A stretch of 63,518 nucleotides of DNA, filler included, from Octopus bimaculoides (taxonomy: Eukaryota), in assembly GCF_001194135.2 (NCBI RefSeq). It is 6 parts of 6 records of this genome, joined end to end, with 100 filler letters (N's around TTAATTAATTAA, not from the genome) between each part and the next. Parts side by side here need not be neighbours in the genome. Positions count along the whole stretch, not along the records: positions 1 to 31,864 come from NC_068985.1; 5 more parts are not named here. One strand, 5' to 3'. Position numbers and translations under genes: made by a program. A model generated the notes under the pieces. It was given only the letters and a program-made list of their open reading frames with translations. It did not search any database and was not told the DNA's origin. Below are positions 13,355 to 25,210 of this stretch, piece by piece. Each line of letters opens with the position of its first letter. The first letter of the stretch is position 1.

Positions 13355-13585
13355 ACCATGACGCGATTCACTCCGCCAGAAATTTGGAAACAACATGCTG
13401 CAGTACTTGGCATTTGTGCCAGAAGCTCTGATACTAACATTTTAGAGTGCTTGGGAGTCAATATGTGGACAATGCAATCTGAAGACATGTACCGAGAGTG
13501 ATAAAAATCAAGCATCCAATCAATATCATGGTTTTTGAAGTGATCACTAGTGAGGGCGACGTTATACGTCCATTAATCTTCCAAC
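13355..13585 (+). mobile_element. Tc1/mariner-superfamily (maT/DD37D-like) transposase remnant, internally deleted
   Basis: MTRFTPPEIWKQHAAVLGI... then KHPINIMVFEVITSEGDVIRPLIF, resembling KHPASVMVFGVVSSDGDVMPPHFF. Confidence 0.55.
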
Positions 13586-14599
13586 TAAGCCTAAACAAGT
13601 TTGTGGTGAACGCCTCGCATCCTCTTCCAAGTAAGTTTTATGTTAATAATTCTAATGTGCACTCTACTATCTTTTTACTCTTTCGTTTTTCTCTCTTTCT
13701 CTCTCTTATTCTTTTACCGCCTCTTCTCCCATTATTCTATCCTATAACTCTTTCGTTTTTGCTCTCTTCCTTTCTCCCCTTCTCTCCTCCTGTTTTTTCT
13801 CCCACGTGACCCTCGGCCAACTTTCTTCTGCTAACTTGTGTTTCTTTTTCTCCGTTGTAGCTGGATCAAGAAAGACGTGTTCTTGTCTGTCTCCTGTCCA
13901 AGCTTGATTTACGTGTTCGCCATCACAACTTCGTTTAGGCTTAGCAGCCCTTCATGTTTGTTTTCACTGTCCTGTTTCACCAATTGCCACATAATAACAG
14001 TGTAGCAAAACGGCGGTGCCCCAGCATAGCCACAGCTCTGAGCTGAAACTAAAAAAAAGATAGAGTTTATTTCATAAATATTTCAGCAACAAAACAAACA
14101 ATTTTTTGTTAAATTTGTCAAAATGTAGAAAAAAAGTTGGAGGTTTTACAGCAACATGTTAAATATCGGTTTCAGATGTTGAAACAAGGCCAGCAATTTC
14201 CGGCGCGGAGTTAAGTCGGTAACACCAACCTCAATATTCAGCCGGTATTTATTTCATCTCCCCTCCCCACAAAGTCCAATCTGGTGCCTCCTGTTACTCT
14301 TCTTCATTTTTACGCAGATTGCTTCCCCTTCCTTACAGTATTTTAGCCCGTTTAGCCCTGTAAATTCTACCATATTTGATCGCCAGAAATTCTTCTAATA
14401 TCGCGTAGAGAGTTTCTTCCAATTCGTTGTGTGTGTGTGTGTGCGCCAGCGTGTACGTGTGTGCGCGCGCCAGCGTGTGTGTGTGTGTTACCGATAAAAT
14501 AAGTATCAGGCTTAAAAACATAAGTAATGGAATCGATTCGTTCGACTAAAAATTCTTCAAGGCAAGTGAAGGCTCTGGATCAATTACTAATCGATATAG

Positions 14600-14780
14600 T
14601 CATAATCGAAGACTACAGATGTAGGATGAAGGGATTAATATGGTATGGATTGATTGCCATAAGATTTTTTCACAAGGTTCCTTCGCGGATCCTAATAACA
14701 TGGGCTATGATTAAATTAGCACAAATGATAAGAGGATACACGAAGCATGTTGGGAGCAATTTGCAAGTATTTCTGCAGAG
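14600..14780 (+). mobile_element. R4-clade RT fragment
   Basis: IIEDYRCRMKGL, then after a frameshift NMVWIDCHKIFHKVPSRIL, resembling NMVWIDYKKAFDSVPHSWIL. Confidence 0.5.
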
Positions 14781-14845
14781 GCGGAAAAGAGAAGGAATTT
14801 TAACCCAATCTCTATACAAAGATGAATATTACGAGAGGTTTCTGA

Positions 14846-15160
14846 AGATGGCGAGCTGGCAGAGTGGTTAGCACGCCGGGCGAAATTCTTAGCGGTATTT
14901 CGTCTGTCTTTACGTTCTGAGTTCAAATTCCGCCGAGGTCAACTTTGCAATTCATCCTTTCTGGGTCGATAAAATAAGTACAAGTTGCGTACTGGGATCG
15001 ATATAATTCACTGGCCCCTCCCCTAAAATTTCAGGCCTTGTACATAGAGTAGAAAAGAATCGATACAGCGCATGGAGAAATGCTTAGCGCCATTTCCCCC
15101 GTCTTTACGTTCTGAGGTAAAATTCCACCGAGGTCGACTTTACCCTTCATCCTTTGGTAC
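14846..15160 (+). mobile_element. SINE family A (14846-15060) plus adjacent partial copy
   Basis: GGCGAGCTGGCAGAG...GAGTTCAAATTCCGCCGAGG...AGTAGAAAAGAAT. Confidence 0.9.
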
Positions 15161-15511
15161 TGAATGATAAATTCCAACCGACTTTATTTTGACTCTGTTT
15201 TGATTTGATTTACTTCTGTACCTTTTAAGACTAATTCTGTTAAATGTTACATTTAAATGCTAGAGATATCAAGTGAAAGCTTTAAGTGTTCGGTCTATTT
15301 ACATATTGTAAACGCACCCAAATGAACACGATCGTACCTTCAAATCATGAAATCCGAAGAAGTGAATAGTCAATAGGAATATTATTACATATTTCCAAAT
15401 ATTATTGCATGTATTATATAACATTATATGAGATGTGGAATAACTGGTATCGGCCGTTGACAGAAGCAATTGTAATGTCAATTTGACATCTCCTTTCCTC
15501 AGTTAAATTAC

Positions 15512-15560
<49 letters not shown>

Positions 15561-15564
<4 letters not shown>

Positions 15565-15745
15565 GGGCAGTTAAACCCAAACCACGAAAAAGATAATTCT
15601 AATGGCATGCCGATAATGGCACTAGAATGAAAAATATATTAGTTAATCCCATATTCAAGTTTTCCTATTTGTGAGCAAATAAATTAATTTGTCATTCGTA
15701 GTTCATCTATGGAATCGCTAAAACAATGCATAATTATGTAGCTTA
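15561..15745 (-). mobile_element. Partial second copy of the MITE at 15961-16330, inverted
   Basis: 15635-15745 is the reverse complement of about 16080-16190; 15561-15610 matches the TIR arm. Confidence 0.75.
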
Positions 15746-15960
15746 ATACGTATCGAAAAAACACATGCGAGATGCATCTTTATACATTATGGATTCAAAT
15801 CAAGCGCGCAAATGCAGTCACATAGCTAGCCGCAAATAATAAATTTAAACTGCCTACTAATTAAGAAAATTTTACTGTGTAAATTATAGGGATAAAAATT
15901 AGAATAGTTTATTACCAGTGGTTTGCATGCGTAATAAAATCATAAGACAACATATTTTTA

Positions 15961-16330
15961 TATATAAGAGTGTATAAAGAGTTATACACAAAGAGAAAAC
16001 CCTTGACAAGACTTCTTACATGATAAAAGGGGCAGTTAAATCCAAACTACGAAACAATAATTCAAAAGGCACGCCGATAAGCTACATAAGTATGCATTGT
16101 TTTAGCGATCCTACTGATGAACTACGGATGACAAATTAATTTATTTGCTCCGTAATAGGAAACTCGAGTACGGGATTAACTAATAATAACTTTTTTCCTT
16201 CTTGTGATATTATCTGCGTGCCTTTAGAATTATTTTCTCGTAGTTTGGGTTTAACTGCCCTTTTTAACATGTACGAAGTCCTGTCAAGGGTCTTTTCTCC
16301 GTGTATAAATCTTTATACACTCTTATATAT
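15961..16330. mobile_element. MITE with ~110 bp TIRs and TA-rich ends (Tc1/mariner-type non-autonomous element, inferred)
   Basis: TATATAAGAGTGTATAAAG...AAAGGCACG (15961-16072) is inverted relative to CGTGCCTTT...CTTTATACACTCTTATATA (16217-16329). Confidence 0.75.
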
Positions 16331-16366
<36 letters not shown>

Positions 16367-16871
16367 GCGAGCGACTATTTTTTAAAATCACAATATGTCC
16401 TTTGAAAGAGACGAACACAGCGAAAACATTAAACTGCATAAGCTAACAAACTCGCAATATACAATCATATTCTCACACAATCAATTTTTTTATGACTTAT
16501 TGCAGACGTTAACGACAAAATTCAGTGAATATCTAATCGTGTTTTTTTTTTATTTCCATTCCAGTCACTCCATGTAATGGTATAAATAATGACAGTAATA
16601 AATTCCACGTGACTTCGAACAGAATAATGACTCCTCTATGACAGAAGGAGAAAGAGAGAGCAGTTAGTGAAATCCGGGAAGTCACTTCACCAGCCAGGAC
16701 AAATCAGTAAACGCTCAGTTATTTGAACTCTATGAGCTCTTCAGTGACATCAACAGACTTTAGTTTTCTGTTTTCGCCTAACGCCGCAACTTACAGTTCT
16801 CTAGGCACTATTAGGTACGTAATTCCGATTGAACAGTGATCCACATGGAATTTTATATTTCTTCTCAAATA

Positions 16872-17350
16872 GGCGTAAATGTGGTGAGAAGTTTGCTTGC
16901 CAACCAGATTGGCTTAGCTATATTGTATGAACCACATGGTTGCGGGTTCAGGCCCAATGCGTGGCAACTTGAGCAAGTGTCTTCTACTATAGCCTCAGGC
17001 TGACCAACGCCTTCTGAGTGCATTTGATAGACGGAAACTGAAAGAAGCCTGTTGTATATATGTATATGTGTGTGGGTGTGTATGTGTGTGTGGATGGGTG
17101 TATGTGTGTGGGTGTACGTGTGTGTGTATGTGTGTCTTTTTCTTTGATTTTGTCCCTCAAAACGGCTTGATACCTGGTGTTGGTGTGTTTACATCCCCAT
17201 AACATAGCGGCTCGGCAAAAACGAACGATAGAATAAGTACGTGGCTTTTAAAAAAAATTAAAGAGTATTGGGGTCGATTCATTGGAAGAAAAATTCTTCA
17301 AGGCGGTGCTTCTGCATGGCCGCAGTCTAATGAGTGCAACAAGTAAAAGA
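16872..17350 (+). mobile_element. SINE family B
   Basis: Homologous to the other B copies. Confidence 0.85.
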
Positions 17351-17975
17351 TGAATGATAAAAGAAATCTTAGATTCTTGTCAAGAGTGTTGTTTGTTCTT
17401 AAGTTCCAGAATCTGAAGCGAAGAGAAAAGTGCAGCGAACCCTTTGCCTGCCATGAGCCCCATTTGGGGATCTACTAAAAACTCCCGATTGTTTGTTGTA
17501 TTCAAAGTGAATTGCTTATGTATATTGTATTTGCAGAGGCGTGTTTAACAATATTTAGTAGTTAAAGTTTGTCATTATTAGCTCTGGCTAATTCAAGAGG
17601 ACATTTTATATCATAAATCGCAATTTTTGAACTTTTTTTACGGCAGAATATTGGAATTGTGGTTTCCGTTCTTTTATATCATAAATCGCAATTTTTGAAC
17701 TTTTTTTACGGCAGAATATTGGAATTGNNNNNNNNNNNNNNNNNNNNNNNNNNNNNNNNNNNNNNNNNNNNNNNNNNNNNNNNNNNNNNNNNNNNNNNNN
17801 NNNNNNNNNNNNNNNNNNNNNNNNNNNNNNNNNNNNNNNNNNNNNNNNNNNNNNNNNNNNNNNNNNNNNNNNNNNNNNNNNNNNNNNNNNNNNNNNNNNN
17901 NNNNNNNNNNNNNNNNNNNNNNNNNNNNNNNNNNNNNNNNNNNNNNNNNNNNNNNNNNNNNNNNNNNNNNNNNNN

Positions 17976-18031
<56 letters not shown>

Positions 18032-18207
18032 GTGTGTGTGCGTGCGTGTGTGTGTGTGTGTTGTCTTTTTTTCCTCTCACCGATTCGGTAAGGTTTAGAG
18101 AAAATATTTCTCGTCGCTGTTGATCCATTAAAAAATAAAACATGCAAAGGCCCAACAAAAGCAAACCAAGGTCCCTGTATCTGCACAGCCTACAGAAACT
18201 GTCCCTT

Positions 18208-18442
18208 TAAATGCGGCGAGCTGGTAGAAACATTAGCACGCCGGGCGAAATACTTAGCGGTATTTCATCAGCCGTTACATTCTGAGTTCAAATTCCGCCG
18301 AGGTCGATTTTGCCTTTCATCCTGTCAGGGTCGATAAATAAAGTAGCAGTTACGCTCTGGGGTCGATGTAATCGACTTAATCCTTTTGTATGTCCTAATT
18401 TGTCCCTTCTATGTTTAGCCCCCTGGGGGCAATAAAGAAATA
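18208..18442 (+). mobile_element. SINE family A, alternative-tail variant, 14-bp TSD
   Basis: TSD AGAAACTGTCCCTT at 18194-18207 and 18443-18456; tail GGCAATAAAGAAATA. Confidence 0.9.
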
Positions 18443-19700
18443 AGAAACTGTCCCTTGCATACAGGTAGAGTACTTTCGTTACAAGAAAAAAAAAACAAAT
18501 TTGTATTGAAGTTAGGCGCAAGGTGAGTGGTTAATAAATACGATCGATACCAGTAAATGTTCGTTTATTTCATCGCCCTTGGATGCATGATAGACAAAAT
18601 TGACTTTGGTGGATACTGGACTTAGTAATTGATGGTACGGTAATGAAAACTTCCATCTATCGGGTCCCCCGTTTGCAGATAGGAAAATGGCCTCTAAATA
18701 TACAGGTTAGTTGTGTATCGTGGGTTGCCCTTTGGCAAGGCATAGCAGCCGTTAACTACTATGCCAGGGTCACGGTGAAACTCTGAAGCCCTGAAAAGAG
18801 CGGAAATGCCGCTACCATTGGAAAGCAGGAGGATGGTAGGGAATGAAATGCAAGGTATGAAAAAATATTTTATCTGTGGATTTCTTCCCACTTCGCAGAA
18901 CAAATACCACTTTATGAATCTTGGTCTAGGAAACCCTTGAACTACAATCGTCTGTAGGACCTGCGACGATAGACGAGAAATTTATAATCGAAAAACATTC
19001 AGTGTCCTAGCAAGCTCGATCAGAGAATGATCACGTAAAGAACTCGACACCTTTACAGAAAATACTCGAAAAAATTCAATTAAAAAAAAAGACTACTGAA
19101 TAATTATGATAATGATAAATAGCTATTGGCCCAAAAGCTAAGAGTTGAAACGAATGCTTAATAACTGTCATCTGAGGCTCGTTTGTAAATAACTATGTTA
19201 AAAATATAAAGATGCAAATATGCTACGAATATATAATATAGGGTTACTTCAGAAATATTATCGATTATTTTAATTTATCATGCGTAATAATATCCAGCTC
19301 TGAATTCATACAGAATATATGTCATTGTGAAATAATATGCTCTTTCTGTCAATATTGCAAAATTGACAAAATGTAACACAGCTGGTTCAGACATACAGTG
19401 CTGACTGTATTTAAAAGTGAGTTTGTCAGAATTTTATAGACTGCCTCATCACACTGACCTTCTTAACAGAATAATGAAGACCAGGGAAAGGTAGACGTCT
19501 AGACGTCATAGACAATTTATTTTATTTATAAACGTCAGCGACATTTTATTTATTGACAACGAAAGATAATTTCTCAGTAAATGAGAAGAGAAGAGTTTCA
19601 ATTCCAAAGAAGTGAAAATATTTTTTAAAACAAAGTGTTTTTAAGAAAACAAATTTGTTGGGAAATAGCAGAGTCGACAGAACGGATAATTTCTGTTCTA

Positions 19701-20138
19701 TCTCTGGCTTGTTTCAGTCATTAGATTGTAGCCATGCTGGAGCACTGCCTTGAACATTTACTGATCGAATGAATCGACCACCAGCAATTATTGTTTTTTT
19801 TTTGTTTGTTTATTTTCTTTTTTGTTTTTTGTAAAGCCTGGTACTTATTCTGTAGGTCTTTTTAGCCGAAGCCCTAAGTTATGGGGATGTAAACACTCCA
19901 ACCCCGATCGTCAAGCAGTAGTAAGGAACAAATACAGACAAAAAGATATACACATGTAGATAAATATATAAATACGACGGGTTTCTTTCGGTTTCAGTCT
20001 ACCAAATCAACTCACAAGGTTTTGGTCGGCCCATGGCTATAATGGAAGACACTTGCCGAAGGTGTCACGCAGTGAGACTGAACCTGGAACCACATAGGTA
20101 GAAGGCAAACTTCTTACCACACAATCACTCCTGAGCCT
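19701..20138 (-). mobile_element. SINE family B
   Basis: Homologous to the other B copies. Confidence 0.85.
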
Positions 20139-20442
20139 GAAAAAGCAAAATTGATCTGAAAGAGGTTAAATCTCAGAAGGACAGATTTAAAACACAGTAA
20201 AAAATTGAATGAATTTCGTCAACTGATTCTTTCTCTTTCATTAAGTTTTCTTTACTTAAGAACTCAAGACATTTTAGCGCGGCGCACTGGCGGAGTCGTT
20301 AGCACGCCGAGCGAACCGCTTAGCGGTATCTCGTCTTCCGCTACGGTCTGAGTTCAAATTACGTCGACTTTGCTTTTTATTCTTTCGGGGTACGATAAAA
20401 TAAGTATCAGTTGAACACTTGGGTTGATGTAATTGGCTCGTT

Positions 20443-21051
20443 GGATCCTTTTTAAAACGGGGGCCACATTTTTCATTAACGAAACACTTTGAAACTTGGA
20501 ACACTGGTAGAATGTGTCATATAAAACATCTTTTTCTCTTAGTCTTCTTAAAAAAAAAAGAAATCTATAAGTTATTCCATGTTAAAGTTGTCGTATTTCT
20601 GTAATTTCAACCAATCACTGACGTCCATTCAGCCGATATACATTAAGTGCCGACTACATAAACAAACGATTCTGAAACAATTAACCCTAACCCTAACCCT
20701 AACCCTAACCCTAGGGTTAGGGTTAGGGTTAGGGTTAAGGTTAGGGTTAGGGTTAGGGTTAAAGCAAATTTAAAATGAAAAAAGCAAATAAAACGAAGGT
20801 ATGGAGATTAAATACGCTTTACATCGCTTAATCAGCCAAAGGAGTAAATGTAAACAACTGAATACTTGTCAGTGATTGGTTGAAATTATCGAAATAAGAC
20901 AATTTTTTACATGAAATAAATTCGAATACAAAAATATTTTTCTGTTCTATAACACAAAATAGATAAGTATACGAAGTTTGAAAGCCTTTCCGCACCAAAA
21001 ACACTACGTAAAACATTAATGAAAAATGTGCCCCCGTTTTAAAATAGATCC
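20443..21051. mobile_element. Foldback non-autonomous DNA transposon (MITE): ~36 bp TIR, ~55 bp internal IR, 8-bp TSD
   Basis: TSD GGCTCGTT at 20435-20442 and 21052-21059; left end GGATCCTTTTTAAAACGGGGCCACATTTTTCATTAA versus reverse-complemented right end GGATCTATTTTAAAACGGGGGCACATTTTTCATTAA. Confidence 0.9.
20682..20760. repeat. Palindromic telomeric repeat (TAACCC)5 then ~8 (TTAGGG) at the centre of the MITE
   Basis: Directly visible; centre CCCTAGGG near 20712. Confidence 0.95.
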
Positions 21052-21633
21052 GGCTCGTTTCCTCTCCCAAAATGCTGCCCTTTGTGGAAGAATTTGAAAC
21101 CGACGCTATTGAGAAAAAGAAAACCTTTCCCCTATGCTGCGAGAAACCGAGATAGTCTCAATGAGAATTTTTAAAGAAGACATTTTGGTGGGGGTGGGTT
21201 CTTAATATGTTCACATATCTCCTCAAATCACTCTTTATAAAACAGGAATCAAATACTTCTAGTCGTGGATATGAAAGCTACACCAACGATAATATAATTA
21301 TTGCAGGAGCCGAAAATATTAATTCTATCGTTTGGTTGATAATTAGCATCATTACTAGAATGCCCATGAAATTTATTTACGGAGTCAAAGGATTAAAGAA
21401 AATCTTTACGCATTAATGTGTTGCAATATTGAGCACCAGATCGAGACAGCATCAAGTCTTGGATCTCGTAGTTATCCTATTTGGCAATTGTTAACGAATA
21501 AGAAATATTTCACACAGAAGAAACCGTAAACAAGAATAATTAAATCGAATACTTATTTATAGAGAGGCATAATTATAATGAAGTCCTACAAAATTGGGCA
21601 CACACTAAACTCTTTCAATAATTATGTCACAGC

Positions 21634-21848
21634 AAAGCCGGCGAGCTGGCAGAAGTGTTGGCACGCCGGGTGAAATGCTTAGTGGTATTTCGTCTGTCTT
21701 TGCGTTCTGAGTTCAAATTCCGCCGAGGTCGACTTTGCCTTTCATCCTTTCGGAGTCGATAAATTAAGTACCAGTTGTGTACAGGGGTTGATCTTATCGA
21801 CTGGCCCCCACCCCCAAAATTTCAGGCTTTGTACCTATAGTAGATAAG
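21634..21848 (+). mobile_element. SINE family A with TSD
   Basis: AATAATT(A/G)TGTCACAG flanks both sides. Confidence 0.9.
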
Positions 21849-22079
21849 AATAATTGTGTCACAGGCATGGCTGTGTGGTAAGACGTTTGCTTCCCAACCA
21901 CATGGTTCCACGTTGGGGGCGTCGACACAACAGTTTTTTCACAAGTTGGACTTTTTCGTAGGCCACGCTATGTTTTGCTCAGAAGTGTATTTGATATTGC
22001 CGCATTTTTTCCTATTTTTCAGTTCATGTTCCGACTTTCAATTTTCGACCAGCTAAGTCTATCTATCTATCTATCTATC

Positions 22080-22121
<42 letters not shown>

Positions 22122-23599
22122 NNNNNNNNNNNNNNNNNNNNNNNNNNNNNNNNNNNNNNNNNNNNNNNNNNNNNNNNNNNNNNNNNNNNNNNNNNNNNNN
22201 NNNNNNNNNNNNNNNNNNNNNNNNNNNNNNNNNNNNNNNNNNNNNNNNNNNNNNNNNNNNNNNNNNNNNNNNNNNNNNNNNNNNNNNNNNNNNNNNNNNN
22301 NNNNNNNNNNNNNNNNNNNNNNNNNNNNNNNNNNNNNNNNNNNNNNNNNNNNNNNNNNNNNNNNNNNNNNNNNNNNNNNNNNNNNNNNNNNNNNNNNNNN
22401 NNNNNNNNNNNNNNNNNNNNNNNNNNNNNNNNNNNNNNNNNNNNNNNNNNNNNNNNNNNNNNNNNNNNNNNNNNNNNNNNNNNNNNNNNNNNNNNNNNNN
22501 NNNNNNNNNNNNNNNNNNNNNNNNNNNNNNNNNNNNNNNNNNNNNNNNNNNNNNNNNNNNNNNNNNNNNNNNNNNNNNNNNNNNNNNNNNNNNNNNNNNN
22601 NNNNNNNNNNNNNNNNNNNNNNNNNNNNNNNNNNNNNNNNNNNNNNNNNNNNNNNNNNNNNNNNNNNNNNNNNNNNNNNNNNNNNNNNNNNNNNNNNNNN
22701 NNNNNNNNNNNNNNNNNNNNNNNNNNNNNNNNNNNNNNNNNNNNNNNNNNNNNNNNNNNNNNNNNNNNNNNNNNNNNNNNNNNNNNNNNNNNNNNNNNNN
22801 NNNNNNNNNNNNNNNNNNNNNNNNNNNNNNNNNNNNNNNNNNNNNNNNNNNNNNNNNNNNNNNNNNNNNNNNNNNNNNNNNNNNNNNNNNNNNNNNNNNN
22901 NNNNNNNNNNNNNNNNNNNNNNNNNNNNNNNNNNNNNNNNNNNNNNNNNNNNNNNNNNNNNNNNNNNNNNNNNNNNNNNNNNNNNNNNNNNNNNNNNNNN
23001 NNNNNNNNNNNNNNNNNNNNNNNNNNNNNNNNNNNNNNNNNNNNNNNNNNNNNNNNNNNNNNNNNNNNNNNNNNNNNNNNNNNNNNNNNNNNNNNNNNNN
23101 NNNNNNNNTGTGTGTGTGAGTGCGTGTGTGTGCATGTGATTGCGTGTGTATGTGTGTGTGTGAGTATGTGTGCGTGTGTGTGTGAGTGTAAGCGAGTGTT
23201 TGTGTGTGCATGTGCGTGCGTGTGTGTGTGTATGCGTGTATGTGTGCGTGTGTATGTGTGTGAGTGTGTGAGTGTATGTGTGTGTGAGTGAGTGCATGTG
23301 TGTGTATGAGTGTGTGTATGAGTGTGTGAGTGCGTGTGTGTGTGTGGTGTGTGTGTGTGTGTGCGTGTGTATGTGTGCGTGTGCCTGTGTGTGCGCGTGT
23401 TTTATGCATAGCTATACAAGAAAACAGCGAAACATTAATTCAAGAAGGCTATGTTATTACATTTAGGTAGAGTATCAAATTTAATTCTGAAACGAAAAGG
23501 TTGATAATCAATCGTTGCTTGCACCATAGAGCCAGGCTAATATAACACAACGTTAATGTAACTTGTAATGGCTCATCCAAAATAAATGAAAGTTAGACA

Positions 23600-24000
23600 C
23601 AGTATTTTGTAAGCCCTCCTTTATCACGAACATTACAGCATTCACCTGATTCGTAATGGATCTGATTCAATTATCAATAACCGACTGATCCATTCTTATC
23701 CATTCTTCACTTAACGCTACTTCCAGTTTTATAATTGATGTAATTTTCCCTGATTTCGCTCACATCTTTCTTTCAAGATGCTCCCATGTATGTATTCTAT
23801 TGGATTAAGATCGAGGCTTTGAGTACACCATTTAATTCGATTCCTTGAGATCATTTTCAAGCCTGTGAGACCTTTGTTTCTATGACATAGGATTCAATCT
23901 TCATGAAAAGTATCGCTTTTTTTTATTACCTATTCCTACATGGAATAGATGGGTTATCGATTTTTTCAAGTAGTTGACAGTATTTAGGGACCATTTAAAG
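23600..24000 (-). mobile_element. Tc1-like (DD34E-type) transposase C-terminal remnant
   Basis: Minus strand: FHED*ILCHR (like FQQDNAPCH), KWCTQSLDLNPIEY..WEHLERK (like WPPQSPDLNPIEHLW), EVALSEEW, and terminal KGGLTKY at 23622-23602. Confidence 0.75.
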
Positions 24001-24029
24001 CATTTTCAACAAAAATAAATTCTAATCTG

Positions 24030-24560
24030 CCAATCTGCCCATCACCTAATCTGTCGCCCATAAACTAACTCCAACTTCCTGCATTTTGTTCTTCCTTGTA
24101 AATAATCCGGTTTTTATGACTCGGATTAGTTATGGTACATATACCACTGTGTCGACCAGACCATCAAATGCTATTGTACACCTCTTGCAACATGTCTGGC
24201 CAAACGGAACTTGTTCTTTCTGTATTCTGAAATCGCATCCTTCACTCTGCTCCGTTCCCGAACAATCTCATTTCGAATGTGCTCTCGTAATAATATTTCA
24301 AGCATGGACGTGTCCTTGGCCCCTTGCGCCGAAGCCAATGTTCTGTCCTCTTTGTAGTAGTCCACGTCTCACTTGCATCTAAGAGCACAGGTAGGATTGA
24401 AGAATCTGGCACATTTGGCATTGTCTAGCTTTGTTTGGAGCACATCCTTTACTGAGTTAGTGCCTTCCATCTTACCCATATTCTCTTTCAGATTTCAGCA
24501 TCTGTATCTCAACTTCCGTCTTCAATCCCTTTACTTTTCGGAAACTTCCAGACGCCTCAC
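24030..24560 (-). mobile_element. RTE-clade LINE RT C-terminal remnant
   Basis: NSVKDVLQTKLDNAK...SMLEILLREHIRNEIVRERSRVKDAISEYRKNKFRLARHVAR resembles RTE MLGISLRDHIRNEEIRRRSGVKD...KFRWAGHVAR. Confidence 0.8.
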
Positions 24561-25110
24561 AGATTTCTTCTTTATGCCCTTTGTATTTGAATACTATGCA
24601 AATATTCTTTTAAAAACCTTTTCATTTAATTTTTCCAAAATTTAATTGTTTTCCATACTTACAGTTGAAAAAGTCTCAATGACCGAAACCGGTCCTTAAA
24701 TGTGTTTATAAAATCATTTTAGCATTTTCTACCATTACTTTTTTCCATATACATATATGTGTGGGGGGGGAGGCGCGTGGCTTGGTGGTTAGGGTGTCAG
24801 CATCATGATCGTAAGATTGTGGTTTCGATTCCTGGACCGGGCGACGCATTGTGTTCTTGAGCAAAACACTTCATTTCACGTTGCCCCAGTCCAATCAGCT
24901 GGCACATTTGGCATTGTCTAGCTTTGTTTGGAGCACATCCTTTACTGAGTTAGTGCCTTCCATCTTACCCATATTCTCTTTCAGATTTCAGCATCTGTAT
25001 CTCAACTTCCGTCTTCAATCCCTTTACTTTTCGGAAACTTCCAGACGCCTCACAGATTTCTTCTTTATGCCCTTTGTATTTGAATACTATGCAAATATTC
25101 TTTTAAAAAC
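24406..25110 (+). repeat. Exact 212 bp direct duplication (24406-24617 = 24899-25110)
   Basis: Base-by-base identical at an offset of 493. Confidence 0.95.
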
Positions 25111-25210
25111 TGCGATGGACTGGCGTCCCGTCCACCTGGGGAACACACACACCATTGAAACCGGGAAACCGGGCTCATGAGCCTGGCTAGGCTTTAAAAG
25201 GGTGCCTTTA
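24770..25210 (+). mobile_element. tRNA-derived SINE family C/D, interrupted by the 212 bp duplication
   Basis: Head GGCGCGTGGCTTGGTGGTTAGGG...GGTTTCGATTCC; body resumes TGCGATGGACTGGCGTCCCGTCC at 25111; homolog at 46947-47180. Confidence 0.8.

Larger units (their letters stand above)
20278..21101 (+). mobile_element. SINE family A split by a 609 bp MITE
   Basis: 5' part 20278-20442; 3' tail TCCTCTCCCAAAATGCTGCCC...TTTGAAACC resumes after 21059. Confidence 0.85.

Noticed and set aside
17604-17727. 56 bp exact direct repeat
   Set aside because: The second copy ends exactly at a gap edge; most likely a contig-end overlap artefact.
18640-19050. GC-richer segment with a possible 44-nt intron (18855-18898)
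   Set aside because: In-frame stops occur upstream with no acceptor, and no motif was recognised; it may be a decayed TE.
20682-20760. Ancient telomere-telomere chromosome fusion site
   Set aside because: A fusion gives (TTAGGG)n followed by (CCCTAA)n; here the order is reversed and the array lies inside a TSD-flanked MITE.
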